Source: Methanobacteriota archaeon
GTDB lineage: Archaea > Thermoplasmatota > Poseidoniia > Poseidoniales > Poseidoniaceae
NCBI GenBank assembly: GCA_011524855.1
Contig: WTJK01000043.1
Location: forward strand, 38,483-102,482
Direction of reading: 5' to 3'
DNA length: 64,000 nucleotides
The first letter of the stretch is position 1; the number at the start of each line of letters is the position of its first letter. Below the pieces are notes generated by a model. The model searched no databases. It was not told the origin of the DNA and saw only the letters and a list, made by a program, of their open reading frames with translations. Below, one piece after another: positions 25,463 through 33,701 of the stretch. The position numbers were made by a program, and so were the translations under genes.

Positions 25463-26611
25463 ATGACGCTCTACGCCAACAACCGGTTGCTTGGAAGCGG
25501 AGGGAAAGGCCTCCGCATTCATGACCTCGTCAAGGCCCCTGCGAACACACCGTGGGCGGTGGCAAAGCAGCAATCCTGGGACGCGTCTGAACCCGCCACC
25601 GTGTATTCCACGCCAGAAGTCCGTTGGGACGGTGAGCCTTGTTCGGCCGTGACCGTCATCCTCCGAACGAAGGGGTGCCACTGGTGGTGGTCCTCCGGCT
25701 GCACCTTCTGCGGTTACTTCAACGACACCCGTGACGACGTCACAAGCGAGGATTTGCATGCCCAGTGGCAACATGCGCTCGACAAGTTCGAAGGGTTCGA
25801 GGGGCACGACATGGTGAAAGTTTACACGTCGGGCAGTCTGCTTGAGGACCGAGAAATTCCCGTCGATTTCCAAGCGACGGTGCTGGGGGATTGTGCCCGT
25901 TTGGGGAAGGAATTGGTCGTGGAAAGCCGCTGCGAACAGCTGACGGAAGCCAAACTGGCATGGGCCACCGGCATCAACCCCAATTTCACGGTGGCCATTG
26001 GCTTGGAGGCGTACGACGACGAAGTCCTCCGTTTTCACGTGAACAAAGGGTTCACGACCTCCTCATGGGAACGGGCCGTCGACCAGCTCAACGCATTTGA
26101 TCTCAGGGTCAAAACCTACCTCATGTTCAAACCCCCGTTCATGTCGGAGGCCGATGCATTGGATCACTGCGTGAAGTGGATCGACGCCGTAGCTGACCGC
26201 TCCGATGAAATCTCGGTGAACCCCATGAACATTCAGCGCGGGACGGTCATCGACCGTCTTCATCGCCACCAAGAGTACCGTCCACCTTGGTTGTGGTCAC
26301 TGGTGGCCATGATCCGTTCGAGTCACGGCTTGATACATACCAACAACGGTGCGCGGACCCGTTTGATTGTCCACCCGACGGCGGGAGGTAAAATTCGCGG
26401 ATCGCACAATTGCGGTACCTGCGATGCCGAAGTCGTGGCGGCCATCGAACGCTACGCCGTTTCCGCTGATCTGATGGAATTTGAAGGGCTTTCATGCGAT
26501 TGTGAACGCACATGGCAGGCGGAACTTCAGCGTGACCGGACGCTACCGGTACCGCTGGGCACGTCGAAACCTCGACGAGGCTCGGCACTTGATATCTTAC
26601 GAGCCCCATAA
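25463..26611 (+). CDS. Radical SAM protein of the TIGR01210/RaSEA (archaeosine biosynthesis) type
   Basis: 'RTKGCHWWWSSGCTFCGY' cysteine cluster followed by 'VKVYTSGS', as I recall for the archaeal RaSEA family. The start is uncertain (track TTG 25427, ATG 25463, TTG 25487). Confidence 0.55.
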   Translation: MTLYANNRLLGSGGKGLRIHDLVKAPANTPWAVAKQQSWDASEPATVYSTPEVRWDGEPCSAVTVILRTKGCHWWWSSGCTFCGYFNDTRDDVTSEDLHAQWQHALDKFEGFEGHDMVKVYTSGSLLEDREIPVDFQATVLGDCARLGKELVVESRCEQLTEAKLAWATGINPNFTVAIGLEAYDDEVLRFHVNKGFTTSSWERAVDQLNAFDLRVKTYLMFKPPFMSEADALDHCVKWIDAVADRSDEISVNPMNIQRGTVIDRLHRHQEYRPPWLWSLVAMIRSSHGLIHTNNGARTRLIVHPTAGGKIRGSHNCGTCDAEVVAAIERYAVSADLMEFEGLSCDCERTWQAELQRDRTLPVPLGTSKPRRGSALDILRAP

Positions 26612-26643
26612 TGACCATTCAGTGGGCGTTTCTCGTCCTTGAA

Positions 26644-26666
26644 GGTGGTGAATCTTTATCACCGCC
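26644..26666 (+). other. Stem-loop (8-bp stem, 7-nt loop) 30 nt downstream of the radical-SAM stop codon
   Basis: GGTGGTGA / atcttta / TCACCGCC gives 7 Watson-Crick pairs plus one G-U. Lies in the ~100-nt gap before ATG 26713. Function is unknown; it could be a 3' end or a regulatory hairpin. Confidence 0.3.
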
Positions 26667-26712
26667 CCGCAAGTGGCCAAGGTTGCCCCTATGGGGCAAT
26701 TGTGGTGTTGGT

Positions 26713-26985
26713 ATGTCGAAATCTTCTGCGCTCCCCGATACGATGGTTGGAACCGGTGAACCCACCACCAGCAGGGTGGTCTTGTCGCTGCTGTTTATCG
26801 GCATTTTCGGCCTCTATTCCCTGTTTTCAAACGTGTTTGGCTGGGACAACCTCCCGGTGTTGGGCGACCTTGTCCCGTTGGTCCAGAACCTCGGAACGGG
26901 CGGCATCTGGTACTACCTCATCGGCTTCCTTGTCGGCGTTGGTGCCATCGTGGCCACCCTGGTGGGTGAGGTGCTCGCTGAGTAA
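26713..26985 (+). CDS. Small two-TM membrane protein (90 aa)
   Basis: 'VVLSLLFIGIFGLYSLF' and 'IWYYLIGFLVGVGAIVATLVG'. The first ATG in the frame is 26713. Lies directly upstream (9 nt) of the EF-hand membrane protein. Confidence 0.5.
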   Translation: MSKSSALPDTMVGTGEPTTSRVVLSLLFIGIFGLYSLFSNVFGWDNLPVLGDLVPLVQNLGTGGIWYYLIGFLVGVGAIVATLVGEVLAE

Positions 26986-26994
26986 GGAGGTGTC

Positions 26995-28974
26995 ATGATG
27001 GAAACGATTCTGATTCTCGCAGCCTTGTTCATCGGGTCGGTTTACCTTATGTCCCGTGCCGTAGAAAACGGCGTCGGGTCGGTGGGCGGTGCCTTGCGCC
27101 AAATCGGTCTGTTCGTGTTGAAGAAGAACCCCCCCGGCCTGGTCGACGTGTTCGATGACCGCGCCGGCAGTGGGTCGCGAACGTGGATGAATTTCGGCAT
27201 GGTGTGGTTGACGCTGGCCGGGATCCTCGGTTTCCTTGATGGATGGCACCGCTACGACCCTGCTGCCCTGGACTCGCTGGCCAGCGTCGGCTGGTCCTAC
27301 GACGACGGTTCAGCCCTTCGTGACGCCACCGGCAACGTGCTGCGCATGGCCCTGATGTTCGGTCTGGTCGGCGCTTCCTTGGTGGCCGTTTCCCGCAACG
27401 GTGACGGGCGCCTCGCCAGTGAAGCCAACGCTTCGTTGGTGGCCGTGTTGTTGTCCGCTGTGCTGGTGGCTCAGTTCCTGTTGCCCGCCATCTTCGGGTT
27501 TGCCGACATCGACACCGAAGCCAACCCCTTCCGGACCATCTTGCTCAGTTTGGAAACCTTGGTGTTGGGCTTACTCTTCATTCCGGTGCTCGTCAACGTG
27601 CTGCTGACCGTTTCGACCCGTGAGCAAGAAGACCTGTCCACCTCATCGTGGTTCCTCATCATGGGCGTTCTCGTGCACATCATGGCCATGATGGCCATGT
27701 TCTTCGGTGAACTTGCTGATGCCGACCAGGTTGCTTGGTTCGGCGAGCGTGTTGCCACGGGCTGGGTCCCACTGGCGCTGATGTTCGCCGTTGGTTACCA
27801 CGTGGTGCCCATGGCCGCCCAAGTGCCCATCTGGTCCGGCACCCTACGCTCAGCCAGCATGTTCTTCCTGTTTTTGACCGTTCCAGCGCTTTCGTTGACG
27901 TCGGTGGACGCCTCCGGCTTCATGACCAATCTGGCAGCCATTCTCGTCACCCTTGGCATCCTCCCTGTTCTTGCAGGTTCGGTGAACATCGTGATGACGG
28001 GCATGAAAGGCTTGGCCTCCGTGGTGGAAAACCCAGGAGCCATCGCCGGTCTCTTTGCCTTCCTGCTGCTCCCGTTCTTTGTCGTCGGGACCTACTTCAC
28101 CGGGATGGACGCCTTTGTTGGTACCGGCGAGCTCGGTTCGATGGCCCACACGGTCAACATGGGGTTGCTGTTTACCGTGGGTGGCCTGCTCACCCTGGCG
28201 GGTGTGTACGCCAATTACCCACTCGCTGTCGGCAAGCCGCTGGCCAACTCGTCCAGCTTGTCGACATGGTTCGTCGCCGTGGGCGGCGTGAGTGCCACGG
28301 TGGCTTACCTCATCGGTGATTTCACCAAGAACGCCGTCATGAACAGCGGCGTTGAAGACGCTGTGTCAGCCGACGGTGGCTTCTACCTCACCGGGTCGGC
28401 CTTGTTCTACCTCGTTGGGATCGGTGCCATCCTCGCTTCCTTGACCGTCATCCGCACGGGCATCGCCCCCGCCAAGAAGAGCATGGACATGACCTCGGCC
28501 CAAGCCATGTCGTCCTACACCTTGACCGCAGGTTCCACCACCACCATCCGCAACCTCATCGGGCGTGGCGTCGGTGTGGACACCGAACTGGTGGTCAGCG
28601 AGACGACGACGAAGATTGGCGGCTCGACCGTCATCGCCGTTGACGCTGCCCTCCACAACGACGAGGTGAAGGAGTTCCCCGTCAAAGCCAGCGACGCCCT
28701 CGTGTCCTTTGTTCAGTACCTCACCAACTCGGGGCAAAGCGTCATGGACGTGTTCATGGCCATGGACATTGACCACTCCGGTCGGGTGGACAGCGACGAA
28801 TTCCTTGCTGCCCTCGTCAAGACCGAGATCAAAGAACTGACGGCCATGGACGCCGAAGCTCTCGTCGCAGGCATGGACTTGGACGGCGACGGCCAACTGA
28901 ACCTGCCCGAGCTTGACATTGCGATTGCTCAAATCAAGCGCGATCACAACATCACGCCCCAAGAAGAAGAGTGA
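26995..28974 (+). CDS. Polytopic membrane protein (~12 TM) with C-terminal EF-hand pair
   Basis: Strong SD AAGGAGGTG (26984-26992). Long hydrophobic core. The C-terminus has two canonical 12-residue Ca-binding loops, 'DIDHSGRVDSDE' (28765-28800) and 'DLDGDGQLNLPE' (28876-28911). Confidence 0.7.
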   Translation: MMETILILAALFIGSVYLMSRAVENGVGSVGGALRQIGLFVLKKNPPGLVDVFDDRAGSGSRTWMNFGMVWLTLAGILGFLDGWHRYDPAALDSLASVGWSYDDGSALRDATGNVLRMALMFGLVGASLVAVSRNGDGRLASEANASLVAVLLSAVLVAQFLLPAIFGFADIDTEANPFRTILLSLETLVLGLLFIPVLVNVLLTVSTREQEDLSTSSWFLIMGVLVHIMAMMAMFFGELADADQVAWFGERVATGWVPLALMFAVGYHVVPMAAQVPIWSGTLRSASMFFLFLTVPALSLTSVDASGFMTNLAAILVTLGILPVLAGSVNIVMTGMKGLASVVENPGAIAGLFAFLLLPFFVVGTYFTGMDAFVGTGELGSMAHTVNMGLLFTVGGLLTLAGVYANYPLAVGKPLANSSSLSTWFVAVGGVSATVAYLIGDFTKNAVMNSGVEDAVSADGGFYLTGSALFYLVGIGAILASLTVIRTGIAPAKKSMDMTSAQAMSSYTLTAGSTTTIRNLIGRGVGVDTELVVSETTTKIGGSTVIAVDAALHNDEVKEFPVKASDALVSFVQYLTNSGQSVMDVFMAMDIDHSGRVDSDEFLAALVKTEIKELTAMDAEALVAGMDLDGDGQLNLPELDIAIAQIKRDHNITPQEEE

Positions 28975-28995
28975 TGCCGCTCGGACGTGGTCCTG

Positions 28996-30276
28996 ATGCG
29001 CATCGGGCTGGTCGGCAAACCCAACGTCGGAAAGTCCACGTTGTTCGCTGCCACGACCATGGCAGCCGTTGACATCGCGAATTATCCGTTTTGCACCATT
29101 GACCCTAACGTTGGCGTAGCGTTCGTTGAGGCCCGCTTGGCATGCCCGTGCCGTGACCTTCGGCATCGGCTCGAAGCGGACGGTCGTTTGGCGCCCGTAT
29201 CGGACGATGACCCACGCGAAGGTAGCCTCTGCGAACCCCGAACAGGTTCGTGCATTGCTCACCGTCGAAGGGTCCCCGTTGCCCTCATTGATGTCGCCGG
29301 GTTGGTTCCCGGGGCGAGCGAAGGCAAAGGCCGTGGCAATGCGTTTCTCGCCGACCTGGCCAACTGTGACGTGCTGATTCATGTCGTTGACGCTGCAGGA
29401 ACGACCGACCTTGAGGGTCAGTTCCATGGGACGGGCGCTTCCTTGGAGGCGGCCCAAGAACGCATGGGTGAGGAAATTGACTTTCTGCAGGCCGAATTGG
29501 ATGCTTGGGTGGGCAACCTGCTCACGGACGGCTGGCAACGTGGTGTCCGTCGCGTGCAGGCGGAGGGCGAAAAGGGCCTTCTTTCCTTTATCCATGAGAA
29601 GTTGAGCGGACTGGGTGCCACACCTGTGCTGGTAGGCGGTGCCTTTGCAGCGTTCAAAGAGGCGCATCCGGTCGAGGCCCAGCCGTGGGATTGGGATGAG
29701 GGTACCTTGCGAGCGCTTGGGCACCATCTACGCACAAGCCTGTTCCCTGTGGCCTACGCCGCAAACAAATGGGATGTTGCCCCGGAGGGCTCTGCCACCC
29801 ACCTCGGGGGGCATCGACTTCATCCCTGCATGGCGGACGTTGAGTTGGCCTTGAATCGAGCCAACGAGGCGGGTCTGATCCATTATCGGTCAGGCGAAGA
29901 TCGATTTGAGATTCCATCTCCGGGTCGTTTGAACGAGGCACAGGGCAAGGCCTTGGCTCACATGGCCTCTCGCTTGGAGCGGCTCAACGGAACCGGTTTG
30001 GCACCGTTGTTCGACCACGTGTTGTTTGACATGCTTGAGCGGATGGTGGTCTACCCCGTGCAAGATGAACAGCGATGGGTCGATGGGGACGGGCGGGTTC
30101 TTCCGGATGCGTTGGTGGTTCCGGCAGGAACGCAGGCCAAACCCTTGGCGTATCGCGTTCACAGCGATTTGGGCGACGGTTTCATTCGTGGCGTCGACGG
30201 TCGGACGAAACGCGTGGTGGGTGCTGACCACGTTCTTCAAGATGGAGACGTGCTCAAAATCCACGCAAAGTCGTGA
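28996..30276 (+). CDS. Obg-like GTPase of the YchF/Ygr210 subfamily with C-terminal TGS domain
   Basis: 'RIGLVGKPNVGKSTLFAATT' (G1), 'ANYPFCTIDPNVG' (G2), 'DVAGLVPGA' (G3), and a C-terminal 'DGDVLKIHAK' TGS-like end. ATG 28996 is preferred over the track GTG 28987. Confidence 0.8.
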   Translation: MRIGLVGKPNVGKSTLFAATTMAAVDIANYPFCTIDPNVGVAFVEARLACPCRDLRHRLEADGRLAPVSDDDPREGSLCEPRTGSCIAHRRRVPVALIDVAGLVPGASEGKGRGNAFLADLANCDVLIHVVDAAGTTDLEGQFHGTGASLEAAQERMGEEIDFLQAELDAWVGNLLTDGWQRGVRRVQAEGEKGLLSFIHEKLSGLGATPVLVGGAFAAFKEAHPVEAQPWDWDEGTLRALGHHLRTSLFPVAYAANKWDVAPEGSATHLGGHRLHPCMADVELALNRANEAGLIHYRSGEDRFEIPSPGRLNEAQGKALAHMASRLERLNGTGLAPLFDHVLFDMLERMVVYPVQDEQRWVDGDGRVLPDALVVPAGTQAKPLAYRVHSDLGDGFIRGVDGRTKRVVGADHVLQDGDVLKIHAKS

Positions 30277-30663
30277 TCAGTGGCCCTTTGGGCGATCGTA
30301 AGCCGGTGTAAGGCGTGCCATCTGACCAGAGAAGCGACCGCCTCGGTACAGGAACAGCACCGGAGCGAGCAGGGTCAACAGCAACAGCAGCCCGAGGAAG
30401 AACAACCCCCATGGCTGCACATCGGCGAGGAACATGCCCCAGAGCGTCCAGAGGAACGGGATGTACAGGAAGATGCTGTAGCGTCGCGCCACGGTTGAAA
30501 AACGGGCGCTTGACGTGCTTTTGTCAAACAGCACAGGGACCTCTTCCTTGCTGACCAGCCCGTGGTCCACGCCGCACCGAACGCAAACCTGCGTTTTTGG
30601 TCCGTTGCCATGAATGAAGAATTCACGAGGGTAGGTGCTTCCGCAGTGTCGACAGGTTGGCAT
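30277..30663 (-). CDS. Zinc-ribbon membrane protein (128 aa)
   Basis: 'CRHCGSTYPREFFIHGNGPKTQVCVRCG' (2x CxxC) followed by two or three TM helices. Its stop codon abuts the convergent GTPase stop codon. Confidence 0.55.
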   Translation of the reverse strand: MPTCRHCGSTYPREFFIHGNGPKTQVCVRCGVDHGLVSKEEVPVLFDKSTSSARFSTVARRYSIFLYIPFLWTLWGMFLADVQPWGLFFLGLLLLLTLLAPVLFLYRGGRFSGQMARLTPAYDRPKGH

Positions 30664-30700
30664 GGCCCTTCCTCATGGTCACCCACCGTGATGAGATTTT

Positions 30701-32953
30701 TCAACCATCCGATGATTCAGATAGGAATTGTTTCAGGAGTTGAACACCCTTCGGTGAGCCGATGGATTCGGGATGGAACTGAACGCCGTGCACCAAGCCG
30801 TTGCGATGTGCGAGCCCCATGACCAACGTTGTGGCATCTTGGACGGCATTCACCCGAAGCGGATGTTCGTCGTGCTGAGGTACGACGGTCAGCGAGTTGT
30901 ACCGGGTTTGGACCATGGTCGGCTCCGAATGCGTGAAAACGCCGGTGCCATCGTGGTTGACGGTGACAGGAATGCCGTGGACGGGTCCAGAGGGCGAACG
31001 TTCCACGCGCATGCCGCTGGCCAATCCCAGGGCTTGGTGACCCAAACAGATGCCCAAGACCGGGCAGGTCAGTTGTCCTGCAACGGCGTGATGGGCGATG
31101 GCCATCGTCAAGTCGGCCTCCGTGGGGTGGCCTGGTCCGGGTCCCAGCACGATGTGCGAGGGCTCCAGTCGGTCCAGCACGTCAAACAACACCGCCGGTT
31201 CATGGAGGTCGTCCATCGACGAGGAACGACCGTGGACCACGACCACGTCATGGCCTTCAGCCGCGATGGCATGGACGATGTTGTGGCTGAAGGAATCGAG
31301 GTTGTCCACGAACATGACGGCGTTGGTGATCCGATCGAGCAGGGCCTCAGCGAACGTCACCACTCGGCCTGTGCTCCCGTCTGGGGCGTTCGGTGTGGGG
31401 ACTTGCTCCACGGGATGAACCGTTAGGGGTTGCCTGGGAAGGCGTTTCACGTCCTTGGCAATCCATCCCGCTGCACCGAGCAACGCTTCGGCTTTCCACT
31501 CGCTCTCCGTCACCTCCGCTTCCGGGGCCGAGCCGATGGTGATTCCACCTCCAGCACCGACGTATCCCGTCCAGTGTTTGCCCGAGCGATGGGCCTCCAA
31601 TGTTCGAATCAGAATGTTCCACGTGCTTTGTCCTGTGTGAACGTCCACCCAGCCCACCGAACCGGTCCAAAACGAACGGGGCCGTTGCTCCAGTTCATCG
31701 ATCGTGGCGCAGACCACGGTGCGCGGGCAACCGGTGATGGAGCCTCCTGGAAAGACAGCTTGCAAGGCATCGATGCCGTCGTAACCCGATTCAAATTCAC
31801 CTTCAACGTGGCTGACAAGGTGTTGGACGTTGGCGTATGCTTCGACATCAAATCGGGCAACGTGGACGCTGCCCACCTTGCAGACCGTCGCCAAATCATG
31901 CCGCATCAAATCCACGAGCATCCGATGTTCGGCTCGTTCTTTGTCGTCGCTCAACATGGTCTGACGGAGGTCCAATGACTCGTCTTCGGTGGACCCTTGG
32001 GGTGCTGTTCCTTTGATGGGAGCGGTACGCACACTGGTGTTGGTGGTCTCAATCAGGCATTCGGGGGATGAACTGACCAAGGCCAGCCCGAGGTCGTCGG
32101 CTTCCAAATAGGCGGCGTAAGGTGCAGGGTTGGTGGCGTGAAGTCGCTGAAACACCAACCATGGATGGTCGATGGGTCCCGACCAGTGTTTCCCAATGTT
32201 GGCCTGGTAGAACCGTCCGTCTTTGATGCCCTCTCGAATGTCGCCAATCAACGCCCGGTGACGCTCTTCGCTCATGGAAACGGTGGCGTCATGGCCGTGT
32301 TGCAGCGCAACCTCCATCGCCGAATCACCCTCGTTTTGGGTTTCAACGGCTTCAAGAGCAGCACGTCCCCAAGCGTCTTGCACCAAGGCGGTGACATCAC
32401 CCGTTGCCGCATCGATCAACAACCCGTTGTCCACTCGCCACAGCACGGTCAGCACAACTCCCGGTTCAGGTGGATGCTGGAGCCGAAGTGGCTGGGTCCA
32501 TGGAAGCAGGTCGTAGGCGAGGGCGCCGCACCAGAACGGACGCTGCGGTGCTGTTTCGTGACCGTGAGGGTCAAAGCCCGTCACCGGCGTCATGTCGGCC
32601 AGCTTGCGAAACAAATCGCCGGGGTTATTGGCCATGATCGTGTCTCGATGGTACCAGGAACCGTGCTTCCATTCCTCCACTTCGGCACGGAGTGGAGGGT
32701 TGCGTTCCTCCAGCCGGATGTCTCCCTGCGTGGGGCTGTGCGGTTGAGCGGCTGGAAGGGTGGATCGGTCAGGTTGGCGAACGGTGGTGCGCAACGTCGG
32801 TGGTGCTGCGATGAGCGACCATCGGGCAAGGTGCGAAGCAGGTCCTCCTGACACCAAACACGCGCGGTCGGGGGCGCCGTAGCGCACGGCGCTTGAACCG
32901 ACCAAACCTTGCGCCTGCAAGGCCTGCTCAACGCTCGTGAACCGTTCACTCAT
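30701..32953 (-). CDS. pabB: Fused aminodeoxychorismate synthase: chorismate-binding component I (N-terminal) plus glutamine amidotransferase (C-terminal)
   Basis: 'APIKGTAPQG' (PIKGT is PabB-like), 'AEHRMLVDLMRHDL', 'FPGGSITGCPR', then a class-I GATase: 'VDNLDSFSHNIVH', 'GICLGHQALG', 'VQFHPES'. Has an 8-nt overlap with the upstream class-IV aminotransferase-like gene. Confidence 0.75.
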   Translation of the reverse strand: MSERFTSVEQALQAQGLVGSSAVRYGAPDRACLVSGGPASHLARWSLIAAPPTLRTTVRQPDRSTLPAAQPHSPTQGDIRLEERNPPLRAEVEEWKHGSWYHRDTIMANNPGDLFRKLADMTPVTGFDPHGHETAPQRPFWCGALAYDLLPWTQPLRLQHPPEPGVVLTVLWRVDNGLLIDAATGDVTALVQDAWGRAALEAVETQNEGDSAMEVALQHGHDATVSMSEERHRALIGDIREGIKDGRFYQANIGKHWSGPIDHPWLVFQRLHATNPAPYAAYLEADDLGLALVSSSPECLIETTNTSVRTAPIKGTAPQGSTEDESLDLRQTMLSDDKERAEHRMLVDLMRHDLATVCKVGSVHVARFDVEAYANVQHLVSHVEGEFESGYDGIDALQAVFPGGSITGCPRTVVCATIDELEQRPRSFWTGSVGWVDVHTGQSTWNILIRTLEAHRSGKHWTGYVGAGGGITIGSAPEAEVTESEWKAEALLGAAGWIAKDVKRLPRQPLTVHPVEQVPTPNAPDGSTGRVVTFAEALLDRITNAVMFVDNLDSFSHNIVHAIAAEGHDVVVVHGRSSSMDDLHEPAVLFDVLDRLEPSHIVLGPGPGHPTEADLTMAIAHHAVAGQLTCPVLGICLGHQALGLASGMRVERSPSGPVHGIPVTVNHDGTGVFTHSEPTMVQTRYNSLTVVPQHDEHPLRVNAVQDATTLVMGLAHRNGLVHGVQFHPESIGSPKGVQLLKQFLSESSDG

Positions 32954-33692
32954 CGTTGTGCCCCATCGTTTGCCATGTGGCGGGCTGGGAATAATGTTCG
33001 CTCAGCGCTGTTAGCAGATGGGTGGAAAATGCGCTGAAGGAACCCACAGGTTCACCGTCGATGGCTTCCACTTTGGCCACCCCCAATCCGGTGCCTACCA
33101 CCACGAGTTCTCGGCATCGAGCGACCAAGCGTTCGTTCAGCCGTCCACGTTGAACGGGGTAACCTGCGGCGGGTAAACGTCGCGCAAGGTGCTCTGCAAC
33201 CACGCCCTGCACCCCACCTTCCTCGCAGGACGGCCACCAAACGGTGCCGTCTTCATCAAGGAGCATGGGCGTGGCGCGGTCGGCATCCACGACGGCGTGA
33301 TCATGGACCAACAACGCCACGTCACACCCGGCCGATTCAGCGGCCTCCCTCGCCAAACGGTACGGCGCCCAATCGCCGTGTTTGGTCCCGTTCACTTTTG
33401 GTGTCCAGCGTGGGGCCGGATGGGTGATGGCTTCCACCGGTTCGTTGAACCATCCTCGGGGGCGCTGTTCCCACGACCATGCTCGCTCAGCAGCGTTGAA
33501 ACTCAGCCTGCCCAGCGTTTCTTCGGGGCCGGTTTGGGGGTCAATCAGGTCCCAATTGGGTTCTGAGAGGTTCAACCGAAGGCGTTTCGCTTGGCGTTGG
33601 AGCCGTTCCCAATGCGCTGGCCAATCTGCCACCTGGCCGTGCTCATTGACCAGCATGGTGGTGAACACTTCGCTTCTCGGACCGCTGACCAT
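32946..33692 (-). CDS. Aminotransferase class IV-like protein, probable aminodeoxychorismate lyase (PabC-like)
   Basis: 248 aa. N-terminal 'HWERLQRQAKRLRL'-type helix. Size and tight coupling (8-nt overlap) to the PabB-PabA fusion fit PabC. Motif-level support is weak. Confidence 0.4.
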   Translation of the reverse strand: MVSGPRSEVFTTMLVNEHGQVADWPAHWERLQRQAKRLRLNLSEPNWDLIDPQTGPEETLGRLSFNAAERAWSWEQRPRGWFNEPVEAITHPAPRWTPKVNGTKHGDWAPYRLAREAAESAGCDVALLVHDHAVVDADRATPMLLDEDGTVWWPSCEEGGVQGVVAEHLARRLPAAGYPVQRGRLNERLVARCRELVVVGTGLGVAKVEAIDGEPVGSFSAFSTHLLTALSEHYSQPATWQTMGHNDE

Positions 33693-33701
33693 CGCCGGCC
33701 C

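Noticed and set aside
26995-28700. Idea that the 12-TM core of the EF-hand protein is a heme-copper oxidase / NorB-like subunit
   Set aside because: Isolated His residues are present ('VLVHIMAM', 'GYHVVPM', 'MAHTVNM'), but the diagnostic HH pair and the W..H..V helix-VI motif are absent. There is no support beyond size and TM count.
28366-29727. 453-aa minus-strand ORF spanning the junction of the EF-hand membrane gene and the GTPase gene
   Set aside because: It overlaps two plus-strand genes that have unmistakable motifs (EF-hand loops; G1-G3 GTPase motifs), so it is a shadow ORF.
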